DNA of 64,000 nucleotides from Amoebophrya sp. A120. Its lineage: Eukaryota; Protista; Dinoflagellata. The translations under genes were made by a program, and so were the position numbers. Each line of letters begins with the position of its first letter. The first letter of the stretch is position 1. The DNA is taken from the NCBI GenBank assembly GCA_905178155.1, contig CAJINV010000023.1, positions 274,722-338,721 on the forward strand. Reading direction: 5' to 3'. A model generated the notes under the pieces. The model had not been told where the DNA came from and made no database searches. It was given only the letters and a program-made list of their open reading frames with translations. This document shows positions 51,193 through 60,560 of this stretch, piece by piece.

Positions 51193-54100
51193 ATGGCGAC
51201 CGCCGGTACGCGGAAGACCCGCAAGACGGGCATGATGGCGATGTCCGAGGAGGAGAAAAGGAGAAACAGCATGGAATTGCTGGAAGAGGAGAAAAAAGCC
51301 ACCGACTTGAGTATGAATCTGTCAGGATTGAAATCGTCAAAGTTGAAATGGTTTGTCATGCATAAAATGCAAGGCATGAAGTGCCTGTCCTGCTGGGATG
51401 GCAAGTGAGGCAGATTGTGAGCCTATTCAGGGTTCGGGATAGAGTTGCCAAAGGAGCATGACAAAAGCACTTCTCTGTGCCCAAACAGCATGACAAATTG
51501 GATTTTGGTGCTCCGAAAATTTGTATCCATTTTATGCATGACAAATTATTTCAACTTTGTCGATTTCAAACCTGACGCTTCCATATTGATTTTCGACCTC
51601 GTGCGGTCCGGCACGCTTTTAGAAGAGCTCGACCAGGTTGATGTCACCCTCCTGCCAAAAATCAAGGACGTCTTCCAGAACACGCCGTTCCTCTGCGCCG
51701 CCGAATGCAAGAAAACGGACATCATGGCGTTTTTACTCGGGATATGAACTGCAAAAGTTAAAGTATCGTACTCGTATAAATGCATGACAAATTCTCTCAG
51801 CGTGAGAAATGAAATTTGCAATGCGGATTTACGTTGCGAAAAAAACTTGCGGTGCGTGACTGCAATACGAGTGCGATGCTTTTGCACTTGATACGGGAAG
51901 CAGGTATCCGAAGTCGGAGAAGTGTGTGCGAATACGGGCAACACCGCGTTGCATCTGTCCGTTTTGAACGGAAATTTTGCCGGTGTGGAGCTGCTGTTGG
52001 GAAAGAAAGCCGAGCTGAACATCGCAAATAACGTCGGGTGGACACCGGTAATTATGATTTTGAAATTCAATCTCAAACAGCAGCTGAAAATGCAAAATTT
52101 AAAGTTTTTGGAAGGCTTACATTCTGTACCTGTGCCATGGTGTGAATTTCGTTTCTCTGCTACTAGAAAGACTTGCTCAACATTGCTCGCTGAAAAGAGA
52201 TCTATTCCGTTTTCCGAAAAAAAACAGCACCAAACATCAAAACCAAGGTTTTCCTCGCAGTTGCGCACAACCAGCCACAGTTGCTCACCTCGTTGATCCA
52301 GGCCAAGGCCGACTATGCAATGCAAAAGTATCGTACTCGTATAAATGCATTACAAATTAGTCCAGCACTACAAATTCAAATTTGTAATGCTGATTTACCT
52401 TGAGGAAAAGATTTGTAATGCATAAATGCAATTACTACGAGTGCGATACTTTTGCACTGGATACCGACATCGCCAACGCCATCGACCAGGACGGCAATAC
52501 ACCCTTGCACCTCGTATCAAACGCAAATATGTCTGGGTCTGGAAGATTGATTCCGAGGTCTGTCATGCAGTTTGTCCAAGCTCCACCAAGTCTGGAATGC
52601 AGGGCCTAGCATCACAGGATCTGCAGCCCCTCTGTGATGCCTGTTTCGCATGAGAAATGCCCTTTCAGCATGGCGTGAAATGTTGCGCACCTTTTGCAAG
52701 TCACGCAACACAGATTTTTGCATGATCCGGAACATGCATCGCAAGTTGCATCCTTGCAGAGGCCCCAGACATATTTGCAATGCATAGCTCGCTTGCCAGT
52801 ATAACAACGTCGATTTGACGTCCCAACTAGTCCTCAACCAAGCGAACCCGGACGCAAGGAATTTCGACGGCCTCACCCCCCTAGACAACGCGCAGGAGCA
52901 CGAGATCTGCAAGGCTTTTCTCCGGGAGGTGCTGGCGCAGAACCAGCAGTTGATCTACGCGGCGCGGGACGGTGACACCACGAAAATCACGGAGATACTA
53001 GAAGACAACCCGTTACTGGTCAGGTTAGACAAGCGGGTAGACGGGATGTCCGCTTTGGAGTGGGCGGTGATGATATGCAACGAAAAAACTTAAACTGTTT
53101 CCCTGTGGTGATTTTGCACAATCTGCATCACAAGTTTGTTACGCATGACACGGAAAATCTTTAATGCGGGGTTCCAAAGGAAAAACACAGCTAGAAATCA
53201 ATTGTCTTGCATGTGTGGCATGACACACACTTGTGCGATCCATTTTCTGCATCACAAGTTCACAGTGAGGCATTTTCTTCTTGCGATAGATGAACGGGCA
53301 CTATGAAGCCGTGCAAGAACTGGTGTCCAGTGGCGCGTACTGCAACATCCCAAGTCTGCAGAACTTTTTGAAGGTATAAAGTACTTATCAGATTTCAGAA
53401 GTTTGTCATGCCCATGCGCTGCGTCCTGCATGAAATTTTTGTGTCATGCTAGGTATCCTAACACTTCTAAAGATACGCTTTTCAATTTCACATCTAAACA
53501 AAAAATAGGTAAACGTCGACGACAATGAGACGCAGGATATGGTTCTCGAGGCCCTTTCCTGGAACGAAAATCTCCAGCTGGCCCTGAAGCAGGCCAACTG
53601 GGATGTGGCGTACACGTTAGTCGACAAGTCTGCCTGTGTTACTTCCCAGGAACCCTTTACCGGCCGCACGCCCCTGCACATCGCGTGCTCCCACCTGCAG
53701 GAGGAGTGTCCGTTCGACCTCGTGTCGCTGTTAATCACGAAAAAATCGGACCTGACCGCCCGCGATGTGAACGGATGGACGCCGCTGCTCTGCGCGGCCA
53801 ACGAGTATCAAATGCAAAAATGTCTGGGTCTGGAGGGATCCAACTTGTGATGCATGTGGCGGATCATACAAAAATCTGTGATGCGCGACTTGCAAAAGGT
53901 GCCAATTTTTGGTCATGCTGAGAGGGTATTTCTCATGCAGAACAGGCATCACCAATGGGCTGCAGATCCTGTCATGCTAGGTCCTGCATTCCAGACTTGG
54001 CGGAGCTTGGAAAAACAGCATGACAAACTCCTGGACTCATCGAGACCCAGACATGTTTGCATTTGATAACGAGGGCCACTACACCACCTGCGCGTGATAT

Positions 54101-57100
54101 CCAAGAAAAAAACGTTGTTAGTGTAAATTTGTGATGCGTAGTAACATGCAAGATGATTGCGTCGTAAGGCTCATTAAAGGACGTTTTCGCGTACTATCTG
54201 CGCATGACAAGTTTTTGCTGTCATGCCAGACAAATTTGTAATGCTGGTCCTCCAAAAAAGTTACACCTACCACGTTTTTTTCTTGGATACGTGTATTCTG
54301 AAGCACGCGACCATGCAGACCCCGGCGCCACCACCGGGGCAGACGCAGGAGAAAGTCACGGTCGCGAACTCGGTGCTGCAGCCAATATTGAGAGCAAAAT
54401 CCCCCGTCCCCATGTCGAAAGGGTATGTTTCCGAAAATTTGTGATGCTGATTTGAGAGCACAAATCACGTCTGTCTTGCAAGAAGACAAGCGCAGAGGCT
54501 TCCGCGCCATTATGGAAGCGATTATTTGGCATGCTGTTGGCCCTAGGGGGCAGCCGTTTGAAATGCTAAACAACTAGACCCAAACGCCCCTACCTAGGCT
54601 GAGGGTCTGGATGCGCTGCCTTATTACAAGACAGCGCGCATTTACGTACGGAAATCCAGCATCAGAAACTTCGTCTCGATATGTGGAGGGGGGATTTTTC
54701 CTCACGATAGCCAAACTTCGAAAACGTGTCGCCAATATCAACGGCCATCATGCGGGACGATGTGGTTCTAATCCGGATATGCATTGCAAAAGTATCGTAC
54801 TCGTGTAGTACTTGCAGTTCTGCATATACAAATCTAAATTGTTAAGCTGAATCCGCATTGCAAATTCAATTTGTAATGCTGAGCAAATTTGTATTGCAAT
54901 TTGTACCAGTACGAGGCTCTTGCAATCCATACCGGATCTTCGCCGATCACGTGGAAATGAACAAGGACTCTTTTGCGCGGATGGAGCTCGCACCCTGGAC
55001 CGATTTGGCAGGAGAAGGGGGGAAGCCGGCAGTGGCCTTTTTGCTCTTTCACACCATGAGCTTCCAGTTCAAGTGCGAGGTAACTATGATACGTAGACTG
55101 AATGGCTCGATTTGTTCAGCGTGTAATTGCGGTCTTGAAACCTGTTCATCCGCCGTGAATACTTGATTTTGGATGCACATGCAGAAAAGTGCATCACAGA
55201 TCGTGTGTTGTACCTAAGTAGCAATACACATTTTTCTGTAAATACAAATCAGGTAAAGCAAATTACGCCGTACGTGATGAAGTGCGCCACTAACGCGTTG
55301 CAGAGGTCACACCTATCCCACGGGAAAATTTAACACCTAGGTTGTCTACTAGGAATGTCGCTTGTTGTGTTGCAGTTTTTGCAAAGCCAAACAGGTGGCT
55401 ATAACAATTGTGCCTTCTGCAGCACAAACAGGCGATCCTTTGCAAATTGTAGAAGGAATCGTGATCTCTGAGCATAGGTTTTATTTAAGTTGATTGTCGA
55501 GCAAGAGCAAGATTGGTAAAATTTTCCCTGGCACATTTTCGCAAAAGAGAACACTTCCGAACAGCAAAAGCCATCTTGGAGGCCACTGCACCGGCAGACG
55601 AATACGAGAAAGTCAATTGGGAGAGGGTATAAACTGAATAAATTTAAATCCTGCTGCTTGAAACAATTTTTTTGTCATGCGGAACTGGGTACGGGAACAA
55701 TGAATTCGACTACATGCGGGCTTGTGCATGTGAATGTTGTACCACTAGCAATATTCTTATAGAGGCCGTGCGATTAATGGACCCCCTTTTCGGTACCGAA
55801 AAGGGGGGGGTAGGTGCGGTCGGTCATCTGGCCGCATCCAAAAATGGTCGCGTCCCTCCGGACCCGACCGATTTTCGGAATTTAAAAATCGAAAACGCAA
55901 ATGCGTAACTCCCCCAACCCGGCGAAATAAGTTCTGTTTTGTTTTCAGCGGTTTCTCAGCGGTTATAATCTCTGCTGCTGCGGTTCCTGCAGCGGCGTGG
56001 CTGGAAGTAGAACAGAACGAAACAGAACAACATAAGTTTCGTGGGGCGCACACAGCGCGCGCGTGGATTGGCTTATGTTTGCAACAACGCAAGAAGCATC
56101 AGGCGCACGCCGTGCGCGCGCAAACTGAAAAAAAAAAAATGCCGCGCGCGCCGCGTGCGCGCGGCGAAGAGCATGCGTCGTGCATGGCTATGTCAGGACG
56201 CTGCGAAGCATTTGCACACAGCTGGAGCTGGCTTCGTGCAGTTCGATGCACTTCTACTTCAGCAGGCCCACTGCGAATACGAGAAAGTCAATTGGGAGAG
56301 GGTATAAATTGAATAAATCCTGCTGCTTCATCAGTTTCATTGCATAAACGAAAAAAACAAACTTTTTGTCATGCGGAACTGGGTAGGGAAACAAATTGTT
56401 TCCCTACCCAGCCCGCATATTTATAGTCGAGTTCATTGTTTAACAATGAACTCGACTATAAATATGCGGGCTTGTGAATCATGCGAACGTACCACGAGCA
56501 ATATTTTCAAGTAGAATCGCCACCAGAATTTCATGTGATATATGTGATCGTTCGCACGTTTTCAAAATAAAAGTGCTGTACAAACTCCATCTCTGTCAGG
56601 TATTCAGCCAAGCCCCGGACAAATTTAAAGAGCTGTTGGAGTTCGAGCTGGAGGTGGCCGTGCGTGACAGCCGACCGAAGGCAAAAGCAAAGGGCAAAGC
56701 GACCGGAAACAGCAGCACAACGTCACCCGCCAAAGCTGCGCCGGCGGTTACGAAACAAGAGACGGAGAAGAAGACAAACCGGAAAGGAAGTCTCACGGGT
56801 GACATATCGAATGCAAAAATGGCTGGGTCTGGAAAAGTGCAACTTGTGTTGCTTGTCTAGCATTCCTGAAAAACCTGTCTTGCATGAGCAGCAAAAGAAC
56901 AGCTTCCTCGGTCAGGCAAAAACGCAATTTGTAATGCGTGCTAGGCATCAGAGAGCGTCCCATAAACTTGTCATGCTTGGCTGCGATTGCTAGCGCTACT
57001 TCAATCATCCGCAATTCAGCATCACAGGTTTATTCCAGACCCAAACATGTTTGCATTTGATACGACAAGAAGGGTGACAAAAAACGAAAAACAGGTGAAG

Positions 57101-60100
57101 AGGAAGACATCATGGCCGGTTTTTTCGGCAGCATGCAGAAACTCAGGTGTCACACCTTACCGACAATCTGCAAAATCGACGCGGAATATTACAAGCTGGG
57201 CAAGGTATGAAAATGAAAACGTGGTTTGGTTGCTGTTTTGTCATGCAGGAATCATTCCCATTCACACCTAAAGTACTGGAAAACAAGAGGCTCATCATGA
57301 TGCTGAAGGAAATCGCGAAATTACAGTTCGAAAAAATATTACTGATCCACCCACGCCCTATTAAACACACCACAACAGAAAGAGCAAACCCAGTTGCTGA
57401 TGAGTCCGAAGATCTGCACGTCGGTGGCCATTATGAACTGCAAAAGTATCGTACTCGTACAATAAATGCATGACAAATTTCCTCAGCATGAGAAGTAAAA
57501 TTTGTAAATGCGGGTTTGCCTTTAAAAAAAGATTTGTAATGCATGATCGCAATACGAGTACGATGCTTTTGCAGTTGATAGCCATCGAGCTCCTCCTAGA
57601 GCGCCGCGCGGACCCGAACATGTTCGACGTGGTCGGGCAAACACCGTTATCCAATGCAAATATGTCTGCGTCAGGAAGAATGCAAGTTTGTCATGCTTGT
57701 GTCACATGGCTCTTGAACCTGTAATGCGTGAGCAGGAAAATAAAAGCCTCTTACCTGTCATTGGTAAATGTAGTTTGTCATGCGTGGCTGCTTATTGCAA
57801 TGCTCCAACAATTCATATCAAATTACCATCACAAGTTTCCAGACCCAGACACATTTCTTTGCACTGCATAGCCGTTATTTTTCCACGCAGGAAAGGATTT
57901 GGGCTTGGACAAGTTTGACTCGCAGAACTCCCGATCCGCGTTCTTTTCCGACTCCAACTCTCAACCCGGATCGCCAACCGCAGGAGGGGGATCGTCCCCA
58001 CGAAGCCCGAAATCCCCGAAGATGCTGCGCGGAACCGTTTTCGGCGAGCTGCAATTACGGCACGCCGCGGCGAACGAGAAGCGCGGGCAGTACCAGACGG
58101 AGTTACGGAAGAAGGACTACGCGACGGCCTTGGACAACGCCAGGGAGGCGCGCATGATCGTGAAGCAGCTGCTGATCAGCGGCGCGGACTGTAATCTGAA
58201 GGACAACGCGGGGCGGAGGGCAATTGACTTCGCGAAGTATCCTGAGTAAAAATGTCCCCAACCCAGCAGAGTTGTGATGCAAAGCTGCATGCCAAAATAA
58301 AAAGTTTCTCATGCGGAGCCCCATGAGAACCATTTTGTAAGCCTGTTTTGGAATTTGTGATGCTAGAATCAGCATGATATGCTACATCTATGATGCTTCG
58401 GAACTAGCTAAACAGGATTACACAACGAGGAGAAACTTGTCATGCGAAACAACCAGAGGTGGCTGATTTGTGTAGCCGATTTTTCATCTTGACTCTGGTG
58501 TGGGGACATTTTTACTCAGGATACGAAGGACCCGGTGATCAAGCAGATGCTGCGGGTGGCGCAGGTCGAGAAGACGAAACTGTACGCTTTGGAGAGCATG
58601 AATCTGCAGATTTTGGAGCTGCGGGTCGAGGGGTTGCCGATGAACAAAGAGTATCAACTGCAAATACGTCTGGTCCTGGAAACTTGCAATGCTGGGCCGG
58701 GATGAATAGTGAATCCTCTGTAATGCACAGCCAAGCATGAGAAATATGTGCGCTGCTTAGTGTTGCGCTTTCCGCAAGACAAGCTGCGTCGTTGCGAGAC
58801 AAGTAAAAGGGTTTCTTCTTGGATACGCATCACAAACTCTTCAGTCATACTGGACAAGCATGACAAACCTTGCATCCTTTCAGACCCAGACATTTTTGCA
58901 CTGCATAAAGGGCCGAAGTTTCTCATCGCACGGCTGGAGGATCTATCCACAGTAAGTTTCCCGTACACGTACAAATGCGGTTTCCGCATGACAAAACTTG
59001 GTTTCAATCCTAGTCCAGCATGACAAGTTGGGCTCTGCAAAGTTGGGCTCTGCAAGGTAGCGAAATTTGTCATGCATTTCGTACATGCACAGGAAATTTA
59101 CATTGCATATGATCTGTTTCGAAAAATCGGGTTGTCGGTCATAAACAGGGATGATATGAAACTGCACAATAAACTCTTCTTCCTTTCATTTGTACGGCAT
59201 GAACAGCAACACAAACTGCAGCACATGTGGATTCTGTACATGAGAAATTCATGCGCCTAGAAGTGTCGTTTTGTTTATTAAGCCGCTTCCGGAATCCGAG
59301 TCTGTCATGCAAACTGTGCCTTGACGAGGGAAGAGGAAGTGGTCAGCCTCAGCGCTATAGCCTTGGACTTTTGCATGACAAACGATGGGGGACGAGGGGT
59401 TGTGCAATCTCATAAATGATGACGACGACCCAGACGTGACCGACATTAGAATCCCGGTCGGCAGCGTGGACCAGAAGCCGCTTGGGTAAGAACTTACTTA
59501 CCATTTTATAAGCGAAATACGCATGAGAAAAGAGTGCACTGTAGTTCATCCAGCATGACAAATGAATCGACTTTTTTAAAATTACAAAAACGCAGGTACG
59601 CCATTGTGCGGCTGCAGAATCAGACTCCGAAGATATCCTGTGCAAGAAAAGTATCGTACTCGTACAAATGCTAATGCAAGTCTTGCATTACAAATCTTGT
59701 TTCCAAGGAAAATCTGCATTACAAATTTTATTTCTCATGCTGAGGAAATTTGTAATGCATTTGTACGAGTTGCGACACTTGTTTTGCAGTTCATAGAAGA
59801 ACCGCTTCAACGAGATTCAGGATGTGCTTGACCACTGCATGTTGTACAACGAAAAGACGTATCAAATGCAAACATGTCTGGGTCTGGAAACTTGTAATGC
59901 TGAGTTGTGAATAGTGAATTCTCTGTAATGCACAGCCAGGCATGGGAAATATTTGCGCTGCTTAGTGTTGCGCTTTCCGCATGACAAACTGCGTTTTGCA
60001 TAACAAGCAAAAGGGTCTCTTCTTGAGCACGCATCACAAACTCTTCAGTCATGCCAGAAAAGCATGACAAACCTTGCAGCATTCCAAATCCAGACATATT

Positions 60101-60560
60101 TGCAATGCATAAGACGCTCACTTACCGCACGCGGGACAAGTTCCTCGAGGACATCACGCTCACCGAGGATCTGAGTCTGTCGCACCTCTCCAAAAATGGT
60201 ATGCAATGCAAAAGCATCGTGCAACTCGTAGTTGTAATGGCAGGCATGCATTACAAATCCAGATTTCAAGGTAAATCCGCATTACAAATGACATTTGTAA
60301 TGCTGAGCAAATTTGTAATGCAATCCATACTAAGTAGTACGAGACTTTTGCAATGCATAACCGGCAACGCGCAGCAAAATGAAGTCGCCCCCGGCTGGAA
60401 GCTGGTCCTGCTGAACGGGCGACAAATCTCGCACCTCCCCCTCAGCGAAATTATGGCGGAATTAGGGCGGATGAAGGAGAAGCAGAAGGTTTTCATCGAG
60501 GTCAGAAACCCCAAGCCGCTCGGCAGAATGCGGATCTTCGTCGAGACGCACTTCGAGTGA
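51193..60560 (+). CDS. Ankyrin-repeat protein with a C-terminal PDZ-like domain (18 introner introns plus about 8 GT-AG introns)
   Basis: In-silico splicing gives NTPFLCAAE, GNTALHLSV, GNTPLHLACQYNN, SALEWAVMNGHYEAVQELV, GRTPLHIAC, GWTPLLCAANEGHY, LLERRADPNMFDVVGQTPL and GADCNLKDNAGRRAIDFA. The C-terminus GNAQQNEVAPGWKLVLLNGRQISHLPLSEIMAEL is PDZ-like. GT-AG introns: 53374-53508, 55080-55252, 55306-55547, 55627-56599, 57205-57378, 59486-59595. Junctions near 52048-52260 and 58952-59154 are unresolved. Confidence 0.88.
51312..51585. mobile_element. Introner, singleton family
   Basis: About 58-bp TIR. TSD ttgag/ttgat. Restores TDLIFDLV. Confidence 0.9.
51743..51893. mobile_element. Introner, family A
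   Basis: TSD cggga/cggga. Restores LLGKQV. Confidence 0.92.
52314..52463. mobile_element. Introner, family A
   Basis: TSD ccgac/ccgac. Restores AKADIANA. Confidence 0.92.
52515..52786. mobile_element. Introner, family B
   Basis: TSD cctcg/gctcg. Restores TPLHLACQ. Confidence 0.92.
53074..53288. mobile_element. Introner, diverged TIR
   Basis: TAT...ATA ends. TSD gatga/gatga. Restores AVMNGHY. Confidence 0.85.
53806..54068. mobile_element. Introner, family B
   Basis: TSD acgag/acgag. Restores AANEGHY. Confidence 0.92.
54098..54289. mobile_element. Introner, family C-related
   Basis: Perfect 18-bp TIR tatccaagaaaaaaacgt / acgtttttttcttggata. TSD cgtga/cgtgt. Confidence 0.9.
54386..54709. 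mobile_element. Introner
   Basis: tattgagagcaaaatcccccgtccccatgtcga / tcgatatgtggaggggggatttttcctcacgata. TSD gccaa/gccaa. Restores LQPNFENVSPI. Confidence 0.88.
54778..54931. mobile_element. Introner, family A
   Basis: TSD ccgga/ccgga. Restores VLIRIFAD. Confidence 0.92.
56264..56507 (+). repeat. Diverged duplicate of ~55580-55757 (exon 3' part plus donor and intron start) inside an intron
   Basis: cgaatacgagaaagtcaattgggagagggtataaa occurs at ~55599 and ~56274, and downstream intron blocks are also duplicated. Confidence 0.85.
56805..57062. mobile_element. Introner, family B
   Basis: TSD tgaca/cgaca. Restores TGDKKGDK. Confidence 0.9.
57432..57580. mobile_element. Introner, family A
   Basis: TSD gccat/gccat. 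Restores SVAIELLL. Confidence 0.92.
57648..57870. mobile_element. Introner, family B
   Basis: TSD accgt/gccgt. Restores GQTPLFF. Confidence 0.9.
58238..58523. mobile_element. Introner, family C
   Basis: tatcctgagtaaaaatgtcccca / tggggacatttttactcaggata. TSD cgaag/cgaag. Restores FAKDPVIK. Confidence 0.93.
58652..58907. mobile_element. Introner, family B
   Basis: Family B TIRs. TSD aagag/aaggg. Confidence 0.88.
59155..59414. mobile_element. Introner, family D
   Basis: tatgaaactgcacaa / ttgtgcaatctcata. TSD gatga/aatga. Confidence 0.8.
59634..59795. mobile_element. Introner, family A
   Basis: TSD gaaga/gaaga. Restores TPKNRFNE. Confidence 0.92.
59860..60111. mobile_element. Introner, family B
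   Basis: TSD agacg/agacg. Restores EKTLTYR. Confidence 0.92.
60200..60359. mobile_element. Introner, family A
   Basis: TSD aatgg/accgg. Restores KNGNAQQ. Confidence 0.88.

Noticed and set aside
50703-51365. 220-aa ORF as a gene
   Set aside because: It overlaps the first ankyrin-gene exon in another frame and runs into an introner. It is more likely UTR or shadow ORF.
51546-52325. Minus-strand ORFs, and recurring peptides such as CKSIALV or MSGSG
   Set aside because: These are translations of introner TIRs and antisense shadows of + strand exons.
55746-55810. Helitron 3' end (hairpin plus CTRR)
   Set aside because: The hairpin is real, but no correctly spaced CTRR terminus or matching 5' end was found.
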